From positions 24,924,001-24,988,000 of the forward strand of contig NC_134476.1 in assembly GCF_964194025.1 (NCBI RefSeq): a stretch of 64,000 bases of DNA, written 5' to 3'. Under the pieces are notes generated by a model that was not told the DNA's origin, made no database searches, and saw only the letters and a list, made by a program, of their open reading frames with translations. Source of the DNA: Convolutriloba macropyga. Its lineage: Eukaryota. Below, piece after piece: positions 1 through 11,640 of this stretch. Positions within the stretch are counted from its first letter, which is position 1, and the number at the start of each line of letters is the position of its first letter. Made by a program: the position numbers and the translations under genes.

Positions 1-53
1 AATCAAGAATAACGAATACATTTCATTATTCGAGACATAGAAAAGACAACGAG

Positions 54-78
54 TCATCCGCGACACAGATCCATCCTC
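54..78 (-). CDS. Possible terminal micro-exon of VPS41 (adds RMDLCRG*)
   Basis: Good polypyrimidine acceptor ttttttgttctgttcag| at 80-79, phase-compatible with the donor at 15191. There is no homology support. Confidence 0.3.
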
Positions 79-507
79 CTGAACAGAACAAAAAAACCGA
101 AAAATCCGAAATCAAACATACAAAACATTGAAAACTTTTGCAGAAAAATGTTAAAATTTTTGAGACTGCATTTATGAAAAAAAAATTTAACTGTTTTTCA
201 AAAACTTAACGCAAAAAATGATTGAATTTTTATTGAACGAAATTAAAGTCCCTCATGTTGCACAAAAAGACTATTTCTAGTAATTAAAACCAAAATACAA
301 ACAAAAACAGAAAAATTGGAAAAAAAAACTACCGAAATCGGATTAGCATATATACAATTCTATAAAACAAAATTACATCGAGGTAGAAAGAGAGGTTGAG
401 TATATGAATTATCAAGGAAAGGTTGCTATATTAACCGATTTTCGACAAAAAGACGGCTGAAAGATCCAAAAATGAGTGATCCAAAACATCCAATAAATTA
501 CTAAAAA

Positions 508-1578
508 AGTTTCCCGTTCTTTTAGGGCTAGAATATGTCAAATCTCAAACTCAAAGGGCGAAGAGCTCTTCGCCAAAAAGATGCCAACAGAAACAGAATA
601 TAAAAGCTTTTGAAAAGGAAGCGAAGGAAACAGAATTTAAAATCTCATTGAAAACAAAATAGAGCAAATAGAGAAATGGTCTGCGCGAATCCAAAAATGA
701 GGGATCCAAAACATCCAATAAATTACTAAAAAAGCAAAAAATTAACTAAAAAATCAAAAGATATGTGCCAATTTGGAACTTATAACGCATTTTCAGGCTC
801 TGCAAAACACTGTGGTATCATTTTCAGAGGTTTACATTACAATTTAGCATCGAATAAAATTTTTTTTTCAAAAAACCAAATTACAAGCGAAAAACTGGAC
901 CACATGGATGAAAAAACGGCTAAAAACGGTTATCTATTTATATGTGCCATTCAGTAAAAAACTCCAAAGTCAAGAAGTCATGGACCAAACGCAGCGCATA
1001 ATCAAAAACTTCTCTCGCTCAGAAAAAATAGTTCACACGGCAACTTTACTCACTTTCGCTTCCAGGTCAAAACATCGTCTGAACGAATAGTACTTCCGGT
1101 TAAAAAAAACCTTAAGAAAACCAGTACTCCTCTTCGAGTCGTAAAACAAACCAAGAGAAGGCCAATAGTGGCCCCAGCTATCGCAATTTCTTTAAGTATA
1201 GTGGTTTCTCCAAGAGAAAATCAAACAGCCCCTAACTTTCCTGCTATACTCAATTCACAATTCCTCAAACATTTCTATGGAAGTGGGTATATAAAAGCAA
1301 ATACGTGAAACACAGAATTCAAAAACATTGATTTTCGTTTCAAAAAATTTGAAATTATGTATAGCTTTCTTTTTCCATTCAGTAGTACATTCTCCAGTAA
1401 GTTTCCCGTTCTTTTAGGCCTAGAATATGTCAAATCTCAAACTCAAAGGTTGAAGAGCTCTTCGCCAAAAAGATGCCAACAGAAACAGAATATATAAGCT
1501 TTTGAAAAGGAAGCGAAGGAAACAGAATTTAAAATCTCATTGAAAACAAAATAGAGCAAATAGAGAAATGGTCTGCGC
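508..1578. repeat. ~180-bp local duplication (508-687 and 1399-1578)
   Basis: aagtttcccgttcttttagg...gagaaatggtctgcgcg is present twice; the first copy contains the palindrome GGCGAAGAGCTCTTCGCC. Confidence 0.88.
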
Positions 1579-2560
1579 GCATCAAAAAATTCTGAGATAG
1601 GATTAGGGTGAGGACAATGGATTAGGATCATGTAATTAGGATTAGTAATCTTCATTAAAAAAAAATCCATTTGTTAAACGATTGATATACTTTGCGCACA
1701 GATATAAATGCGCCACCTTCAAAAATACCGAAAAATTGAATCGATTGTTGATAGGGGTTAGGCCATGTTCGTTCAAAAACCTTTTATTTAATGGCTTATA
1801 CATAAAAGTAGTATTCAATGACTAAATGAAAGAAGTCCAATAATACTGATTTCCAGGCAGCATCTGAAAAAGTGAGATTTAAAACTGAACAAGATTTTCT
1901 TATATATATTGATACAAAAAATTACTTTTTTTTGCCAGGTTTTTTCTCATCAGATAACGTAAACATAACCGACTAATGTCGGGCGAATTGCTCTCAAACG
2001 ACCTGCGAGCGGAAGGTTCCATCAGTATATGGCCACAGTTTAGTGAGGCTAGCTTAAGCTTAATTGAAGGGACGTGAGGTGAGCGCCATGGGGGGGCAAC
2101 GGTGGGAGAGATACCCTTGGATGCACAGGGCCCTTACGGCCTGAACAATTTGCAGGGGGGATTAGGGGGCAGATGTGGGGGACCAATTTTTAAGAACCAC
2201 CCTTCACACCGTAAGAATAAGTCTCCAAAACAGTTTCTGTGAATATTATACTTGGAGACTAGCAAGCTGAAAGACTCTAAGATAACTTAATGCTCACTGA
2301 GCACTACCTCTTTATCCTAATTTTGAGGACAAAAAGTCTATTGGGTGAGACAACAAATCGCATAAAAAGACTAACAGGATAGGATTAATATAATTGCTAC
2401 AAAGTTCGTTTGAGAGAAATGAATAATGACTTCATAAAAAGTGCTGGTTCACTCATTTATGGTAAAAGATTTCTACAATAATTCAGCGTTAATGAGGGTA
2501 ATAGATGATAAAATCACGCCACATAACAGCAGATGTGCGACATCAACAAATGAGTTAAGG

Positions 2561-2561
2561 A

Positions 2562-2595
<34 letters not shown>

Positions 2596-2669
2596 CATAG
2601 TGGGAGAGATAAAACGTAAACAAGAAACAAAACGAAAGAAACCCCAACCGACAGAGAGAGAGAGAGAGA
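2561..2669. repeat. (AC)n(AG)n microsatellites
   Basis: acacacac...agagagag at 2561-2595 and an (AG)n run at 2653-2669. Confidence 0.9.
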
Positions 2670-3329
2670 TAGGAATTTTTTACATGAGATTCGACTCTGC
2701 AACTTCTACTTTTCTAGCCTTGTTAGTAATTAAACCATATAGAAAAAAAACTGAAAGGTGCAATATTTAAGTTTCCAGATTTTGCAGTGGAGAAAATGTT
2801 TTAAACCATTTTTTGTCTGTTGAGTTCTGTCATGTAACCCATCTTGCTGAAAAACTCACGCACAAGCACTGAAAGAGATTTATTTGCCACAAAAGGCACA
2901 AACTCGAGAAATATGACATATCCTTCAAACTGAAATATGCAAAATTTAAGAAATTTTTACATTTCCTTTTTTTTCTTGGAAAATCATTCAAGTATTCCAT
3001 CTGCTAGACTTCAAAAGTTTGCTTAGCCAGTAACGATCGTTAAACTCAGAAAAGGATTAAAAAAATCGAAAAATTTAAAAACAATTGCAAAATTTAACGA
3101 CATCTAACTGAAAATCATAAAATTTCGTTGTCTCACGAGACTATCGAGTCCCCCAATCTGAAGCCATAAAAAGTTTAACTCGTTCATAAAGGTCCATAAA
3201 CTTGGAATATCGTTTTACAAAAACAAGTTATGAAAAAAAAAATTAAATTTGATAAAAAAAATTGATAAAACTTTAGTCATTAGGATATTGGAAACCATTC
3301 CATTAACTCTTGAACATATGCGGTAACTT

Positions 3330-4230
3330 ATTATCAATAATTGGAGGAGGTCGCTGGGACCCTGTTACCCGAAGAAATCAAAAACCAATTCACAAATAAT
3401 CAAAAGCTTGAAAAAGTTGCTATTATTTTTTTAAAAAATTGCTTAAATTCGTGATATTAAGATGTTGAAAACATCCAGTACATGTAGAAACTATGCACTA
3501 TTATCAAACCCTAGGGAAGCTTTCTTGGTTCTTGAGGCTGGAGAACCCTAAAAATGAAAAGATTTCAGAAAACCTCAAATTGCAAAATCTATCAAAAAAT
3601 TACTACAATTTGTAATAAGTTGAAAAATAATCCATGGACAATGAAAAATTCACTAACTAATTATCAAACCCTAAAGGGGGTTTTCTAGCCCCTGGGGCTG
3701 GAAAAGCTTGAATATTGACAAAAAATCTCAATAAAATAGAAAAAGATTGCAAGTATTGTAAAAAAAATTCTAAATTTCGTGATGTTAAAATCTTGAAACA
3801 CAATCCATTACATCTAGAAACTATGCAGTAACTTATCATCAAACCCTAGAGGATGTTTTTTGTCGCATGAGGCTGGCAAAACCTAAAAAATGACAATTTT
3901 TTGATAAAAAAAAATAAAAGAAATTGCAATTTTTCTCAAAAATTGCTAAAATTTGTGATAAAAAGATGAAAACTATTCCCTGGCCAAAAAAAAATCAGTA
4001 ACTTATTATCAAACCCTAAAGGAGGTTTTCTATCCCCTGGGGCTTAAAAAACTTGAATAATGACAAAAAATGTAAGAAAAAATTGAACAACTGCAAGTTT
4101 TGTGAAAAAAACAGGATAAAATTTGTGATGTTAAAATGTTGAAAACCTTTCCATTACCTTTTGAAACCATGCAGTAACCTATTATCAAACCCTAGTGGAG
4201 GTTCCTTGACACTTAGGAATCGAAAAACGT
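3330..4230. repeat. Degenerate ~170-bp tandem repeat, 5-6 units
   Basis: (t/a)tcaaacccta recurs near 3501, 3661, 3838, 4006 and 4182. Confidence 0.8.
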
Positions 4231-5484
4231 TTCAAATATCAGGAAAAAATAGTGAAAATTAGTAAGAATTTGAGTGCTTTTGCATGGATTACCAAAACAT
4301 ATAGCTCTTAAAATGTTCATAAAAAACACTTATGTCTTGCAAAAGATCTTTCTCAACTTTAACCAGTCTCAATTGTAGAAAAATGACAAAAAACACACGA
4401 AAAATTTCAACATTTTGGGCTCAAAAACTCCTAAAAATGACATTTTAACCTTAAAATACGGCCTCCTCAGTAGCTTCACAACACTAAGCACTTGATGGAC
4501 TACTAAACGCGGCTAAGGGCCTCTAATGAAACTTAATGCCCGCTGGGCGCTACCTGTTTAACACGTTCCATGGACGAAAAATCAAATCGGTCAAGCGAAA
4601 AACCGCATAAAAAAGACCAACAGGACTAATAAAATTGCTACAAACTTCTTTTGAGAGCAATTAAAAATATCAATTGTGATATTTAAAAAAATAATTAGCT
4701 CCATTTTCTCTCAATTTTCAATATGGACTTAATAAGATGTTTTTGAATCTTCAATGAGGAAAAAGGTTACTCTGAATCTTTTTTTTCTTAAGAAAACTGC
4801 TTTCAAGTTATTAAGACGTAAATCAACTAAAGTCGGACGCACTACTCTCGAACGACAGGCAAGCGAACAATTTGGACAGGGGTATAGCTACAGAAATATT
4901 CATGGTAAACCCTCTGACTGCGAAGGGGCTCAAACGCGCAACCTAGTGGATACGAGCCTGCGATATTGACCGCTACTCTACAAAGGTTTTGTACGTTCAG
5001 CGCTCACATTCAATTTGATTTTAGCAACTGACTCACTTGAAATTCAAATCACTCAAAAAGTTTAGCAAGAAAACGTCACTCAAAAAAGGTAAAAAATAAA
5101 GTGTTCTAGAAGAAAACGGACAAACAAAAATTTTGCGTAAAAGACGATCACGTTCAAAATAATTGGTTCAAACTTCGATTGAGGGCAATTGAACAGTTAA
5201 ACATTTCGAAAAATTAAGATAATTTCTGAACACATTGTCAATAGCAGTATAATGCCACTTGCGCTTATCTTATTGTTATGGCAAAGAATGATGTCAAAAC
5301 TCGTCCACTTTTGTCCACAACGGCCCTCAGAACAGGCATATAGGTTTTTCCAATGACACATTGTGAAAGATGGATCATGTTGTTCTTGTTGTAGCTGTCG
5401 ATCAGAGATGAAATTAGCACGAAAATTGGGCGGGATACAGCCGCTTATTGCCATTTTTGACTGGTACCTTTGTAGAATTTGCAT

Positions 5485-8400
5485 CATAATAATAATAGAT
5501 ATAATAATAGTAGTACGTGACTGCCTATCAACATCCTGCTTGTGGTGCGGCGACCTTTCTGCATCTACGCCATGGTGCCTGACATGCTGTCCGCGGGTTA
5601 GGGGGACCAGGAGGGGCATCGTCAACATCAAAGAAAAGGGGCCAGGAAAGTGGATTAATCTGTGCAGTGTGGTCGTGTAGGACTGACGGTATCAAGTCCA
5701 GCCAGTTAGCTAACTCTACTGGTATTTTCCACAGGTCAATCACTTCCAGGTCCGTGGTTTTCGTACTACAGTTGATAATGTGGATTACACCATGTGGTGC
5801 TATATCACATTTGGGACAGCTGTTATCAACAAGGCCAAAGATCATACTCAGGTAAGAGCTCAGCAGGGGACAGTATCCAGTTCTCAGTTTGGAAATCGGA
5901 TACGTGCAATTCAAGCCAGCGTTTGTTCATCTTCTACTATCTTTGGTGGATGTGTTCCCAGTTGTTTGCTGTCTTTGTTCAACTGAGTATGGACCTTATG
6001 TGAACGGATTATTTTGAGCACATTTTTATATTCTTTGCGATTTAATTTCTCTTTATTGTTTGTGTATTGTTTCACGAGGTCCCTATAAGTATCATTTAGT
6101 GTCGGTCTCATGGGACGAAAAATGGTTGAAGAGGTTGTTTTATGATCAGCACGATGGCTCTGCTAACTGCCGGCTAGACATTGCTCTGCTAACATTTCTG
6201 AGCTTTGACAGGCAGCATTTCACCCTCATTGTGTAAGTCATTGATGTCGGACATTTTTACATAACCAGTAATTGTGCGAACAGCAAAGTTTTGTTGCGTT
6301 TGCAGGTGGTTGCAGTTTGTATTGCAGATTGTGAATCCTCAATGGAGCACCGTAGTTCAGGACGCTCCGACCGATAGCTTTGTAAGTCACTGAGAGCGTC
6401 TCTTGTGCAACCCCATTCGCTACCAGTAATCTTTTTGAGTATGTTATTGCGCTTAATTTCTCTTTGGTGCTTCTTACATGTTCTCCAAGGTTAAGCATGC
6501 TATCGAAGGAAACACCCAGTAATTTGACTTTGGACTTTACTGGTATTGATGAATTGCTGATGGTGAGGTATGGGTCAAATTCGGCCTCCTTTCTCCAGGT
6601 TGTGAACAGAGTTGCAATTAATTTTTCAGTTGATAACTTCAGTTTTCCTGATTCTAGCCAGTCGTGTAGACTATTTAAGCATGGACTTATCATGTCAAGT
6701 AATTTTTCATTCTGTGGGCGAGATGCAGATAAAGTTATTGCATCAGCGTGAGACGTGATGTCTATATTTTCCGTGGGTAGAGGCAGCTTCCTCATGTAGG
6801 CGTTGAAGAGCATTGGCGAAAATACATCACCGTGGGGGACACCCTGTTTGACTTTCCTCCACTTTGATTTTTTATTGTTACATTATACGTAAGAAAACCT
6901 GCCCTGTAAGTATGACGCGAACCAAATTTTGGTGCTATTCGGCAGCGGTGCCTCGAGAATGTATCTTAGTAGTAGGTTGTGATGAACCGAGTCGAAAGCG
7001 GCGTTGAGGTCTAAGGCTACAAGTAGAGTACAGTTGCAGTGTTTCTTTTGGTTAAGGCCTTTTTGTATATTGTTGGTGACAATCTTGAGAGCTGTTGTTG
7101 TGGAGTACTCAGGTTTAAAGCCATGCTGATGTTCTTTTAATGGATATTCTATCAAGTAATTTAGTAATAGTTCTTCTGTTAGTTTTGCAAAGGGGTAGAG
7201 GTGTACAATTGCTCTAATTCTTTTATATTCGTCTATGGTGTTTTACCGGCTTGTGTAGGAGTAAAATATGTTCGGGATTTTTGCACTGTTTACAGAGAGG
7301 TTTATAGTGTCAGTGAGGTATCTCACTGCTATGGGCCTATATGGAGTAAATTGATAAGCGCTACTCTATTTCTTCGGGTGTGGAGTGTATAGTTGGTTAA
7401 ACTTGTTGGCGCCTGTCCTTGGATCATCGTGAGGAGTAGTTTTCTTAGCATCAACTTATATGGCGCTGTCTGCAGCTGATTTAGCGTTGACTTGAGTCCT
7501 TTTACTGTGCTCCAGAGTTTAGAGCAGTTACCTCTGTAAAGTGTTTGTACAAACTCGATCCACTTTGCGCTTTTGACTGTGATCAAATTTGTTTATTTCA
7601 TGGTTTACATGCGTTATTTTGGGGTCCCCTGGATGTTTTCTAGCTGAATTGATTATTAATTTCATCTCCTTTTAGAAAGCTTTACTGCTTCCCTGGGAAA
7701 AATGGCAACCATTGTTTTAATTCTTCCCTGTGGGATATGCCTGCCAGCCGCTGCATTTGTGGCTTTCCTTAAATTCTTTCCCGAGTGATAGACATTGTTG
7801 GCCTGTGTTGTTTCTAAAGTATTAGTTCAAAGCCGTCTTTAAACCTTGCCAAGTCAGCTTTGCTGAAGTTGATAAAAATTCTTTGTGGTGTTGTGTGTGT
7901 TATGGGTTCACAGGTGATGGGAAGAACTATTGGTTAATCGTCTGAGCCTAATGCGTACTCCGTACGCCAGTCGATGTTCATTGCTAGGCTTGAGCTGGCG
8001 AGATTGATGTGCGGGGAGCTTTTACAAGAATCAGTTACTCTTGTGCTGGCTTTTTCGTTGACTACTACACAATTAGAGAGGTCTATTTCAATCGCAATAT
8101 TGTTTCCTCTTGTGTCGTCCGGTAATTTCGAGTGCCATAGAGGGCTAGGAGCATTGAAATCATTGACAATAATGCAGTCATCTAACTCAACTAGTTTACT
8201 GATGGATGTCTTGTAACCTGCATCACAGCTAGACGAAGGTGGTATGTAGGTGTTCACTAGTTTGATTTTATTAACACCTGCGTTGAGTTCTATGGCTTAG
8301 CCCTCTAGGTGTATGTCAGAAGTCCTAAGTTTAGGTTCTTGAAACAGTATTGTGTCCTTTGGGCCTCTTTCTTGGGCTCTTTCTTCGGGCCTATTTTCTT

Positions 8401-8860
8401 GATTATGCAATAGCCAGGAGGGCTTTTGAGGTTGGATTTTTCATTGAGGTTGGTCTCCTGGTTGGCAGCTATTTGGATGTTATTTTCTGCATCCAGTCTA
8501 TGATGTTGTCTACTTTTTGTTTGAGACCATTACCATTCAGTTGAAGAATGTTGACGTCTTTGGTCGTGAGTGGGTAAATTTCGCCTTGTATTTGCTTCTA
8601 TTATCTTGCACCAAGTCCAGCGCTTACAGTCAAACTTGTTGCTCCATTGCTCTAAGGACCGTAAGTTTCTGCAATTCAGGTGTACCCATACACCGCGGCC
8701 GCACCAGACGCCGTACTGATTCCAGGCCGGGGTTTGTTTCAATGATTCCGAGGATGAAAACCGTTTCTCGCAGACTGTGTATAGTGTGTATGGATCATGG
8801 GAGCGGTTGCCCGCTCGTAGCTCTGCCACATAGAGGCGTTAGTACTAGAGAACTGTGAAG
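5485..8860 (-). mobile_element. Decayed non-LTR retrotransposon (LINE): PHD-like finger, APE endonuclease, RT, C-terminal CCHC, no RNase H, (TAT)n tail
   Basis: WCGRGVWVHLNC...FDC (PHD-like); ILQLNGNG, QET, NDFNA, LGSD (EN); QHGFKPEYST, ALDLNAAFDSV, QGVPHGDVFSPMLFNAY, HADA, LLGVSFD (RT); CPKCDIAPHGVIHIINC. Many stops and frameshifts; TAT/TAC repeats at 5485-5515. Ends are approximate. Confidence 0.9.
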
Positions 8861-9265
8861 GACGAATCATCAATTTAATTCCTGCAGAAAATCTTTCCAA
8901 AATTGCACCCATTCCTTCCTCAATTTATGAAAGCTACTTTTAGGGTACTGAAGAATCTGGATAGTAGTACAAACATTTAGTAGTACAAACCATAATAACT
9001 AATATTCTGCGCCTTCATCCTTGAGATAAATTTTTGATTTTGTTGAAACGACTTCAAAGCTTCCATAAGACAAAAAATTGTGCTCAAAAAATTTTCCTTG
9101 CGCCAGCCTTTAAATTCAGTTTCTGAGCATTGTTCCCCAATTGCTTTTAGTTTAGAATTCGTATTTGGTGGCATAAATCGGCGAAACAGTTTGATCATGT
9201 TTTTTTTACTTACTACAAACTTAGTTTCCAAAATCCAAGGAAAATAATATACCCCGAACTTCACA

Positions 9266-9804
9266 AACATACCCGGCAGATTGCTGGAAAATAGCCGCCG
9301 TTGATTCCAATCAGCATGATTGGGACTGAAAGAAGAGATATTGAAAAAAAAAGATTTTTGTACAAAAACGATTTTTAAGTCCAATTTATTTTGATGGCAT
9401 TTCGTAGTTGAACGTAACGTCCTTCTGTTTGTTAGAGAGAGGCTACAGGGGCTACTATCAATACCAATAAGCATTAGAGATGGTAAATAAGACTTATAGG
9501 AACGACGTTCAAATAGCGGGCATCTAAAATTGGGCTTAATGGGTTTATCCCGTTTATACTTCTGACTTCAATTTTTTATACAGACTCTGTTCATTTTGAA
9601 TTGCTTTGCTGAGCAACTGATGTTCAAAATCACTTTTAGCAGAATGAGAGAAGAGAGAAACTAGCCTAGAGAGGTCAAAAAGATATCACGCAAAATGTTG
9701 AAAAAGCGGCAAAATGAGGTAAAGCGAAACATTTTTTTATTCGACGAAGTAAAAAAAATAGGAGCGCTATAATAGCCGGCTGAGAAGATGAGGGTGGCTA
9801 TTAA
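9266..9804 (+). repeat. Dispersed repeat family B (~530 bp). Close copy at 16450-16982, diverged copy at about 15893-16320
   Basis: Colinear from aacatacccggcagattgc to ctgagaagatgagggtggctatt. Confidence 0.88.
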
Positions 9805-11146
9805 TAACTCAATTGTAGTATTTCATGCCTTCCAGGCCAGAATCTTACCTTTCCCTTTCTTTCCGTACTCATAGTTCTACACTGGTACATCTTCCTTTCT
9901 CGCACAACTGAACAAAGCTAAACGTGGTAGCCTTAGTTCACAATGCCCCTGTTTTCTCACATTATTTTTAGTTCGTTAGTATTGATTTTCTATGGTTTGG
10001 CAAACTTTTTTATCTGACAAGTTTTGTAAAGATATTGGCATGTTGTACCAAGAAATTTCATACTTCTTTTGTTTCAGTGGAATCCAAACACATCAACACA
10101 CATTGTAGAAAGTTTGTTCAGATCACTTGTTTACGTCAGCAACTCTATTCTAACTGATACAATAGCATGCACGGTTGATTTCGTTTCCATTCTTCAACCA
10201 AATGACTCTCGATTGGTTTAAGCTTCTTAATTACTTTTGATTCTTTTACACAACACAAAACGTCACCAGCTCTCAGTTTGCAAACTCTATACCAGACAAA
10301 CTGCGCATTTCATTAACTGAAAAGAGTTTTTTGGTTGCACAAAAGATTAGGTTTCTGCTATATTGACGTAAGCATGGTTCTTAAAACTGTTTTGTTTCAC
10401 TGTTCGATATCAACTTTTGTGCCATTTGACACTAGGGTTATTAGCCTTCTTCGCTTGACTAGTTCACTCTAACTCAAAGTCAAGATGGTTTAATCTACAT
10501 TATTTAATTGTAACGAAATATATATAGCTCATAGACAATTTGAACTCTAAACTAGTATACTTAATCAGCAATGAGAATAACACAAAGCAATTTCAGATCT
10601 GATTGCCGTTCAAAAGATATCATCAACTAGAATTACTGACTCGAAAAGGACTCTTTATCAATAATCGTATATTTCCTGAACACCACAAATCTACATTTGA
10701 AACTAAATGGTAAAATATACTTCAATTTTTGAGACCTTAGTTAGCAAATAAGATCTGAAATTCCGCCAATATATCAAACTGATCACAAAACAATTTGACA
10801 GAATTTCTAATGAAAAAGTTTGATTGATACATAATTATAATTGAGAATGAAGAACAATCACTGCAGTTGGTTGCTTCGCGCCCATCGAAGGGAAGATCCA
10901 TTTAGGATGCGCTTTAATTAAAAACTTTGATATCCGATTAAAACCAACAAGACGGCAATCAACAAACCATAAACATTTAAGTGAATCAAATCACCGATCA
11001 TCTTGCTTCAGAAGGTATATGGCTTTGGTATTCAAGCACAATGTTTTCAACCAATTACCGTCTACTTTTCAAGATTCTATTATAACCGCTTTTTGTTCCC
11101 GAAAACCTGTTGCATCATCAGAAATCAAATTGCGTGGAAACAATAG

Positions 11147-11640
11147 CAAACATAGCCGGCAGGTTTCCGGAATAGCTGCGAAAGAAGACTTGCGTGACGT
11201 ATAATAGAGATAGAAACAGGTAGAGATATAACTTGAAAAAGTTATGGACGCCGCTCAAAAAGCTATGTAAAACACATTCAGTCATAAAATAATAAAGCCT
11301 GTTAAAATTCATTGCGCAGAAGCCTTTTCATTTGGGACCTTCATTACACATATGAACTCCTTTGACCTTAAACAATTTCAAATTAAACTTAAGTTTTAAA
11401 GTGCAAAAGTCATTTTATTGAGTGAGGTAAGTCACGTATCATCAAAATCTTAATCACACAAATGACCTAAAAACGTTGGCTAAAGAGAGTGAGAAATGAC
11501 ATCACGTGCCGATAGTGAGAAGAAGAAGTGATTCAGACATTTTACTTTTTCAGCTTTGCTGTGTGAGCAAATGTAAAACGAAAAAGAGCGTCAGACAAAA
11601 AATACATAACCGGAAGACTCCGGAATCAACTCGAATTAAC
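11147..11640 (+). repeat. Dispersed repeat family C. Related copies at about 60655-61330 (internally duplicated) and 63290-63800
   Basis: Shared gacgccgctcaaaagctat...cagaagcctttt...ttaagttttaaagtgcaaaagtcattttattgagtgag...aatgacctaaaaac. Confidence 0.8.

Noticed and set aside
2441-2770. 109-aa ORF with THTHTH/RERERE
   Set aside because: It is a translation of microsatellites.
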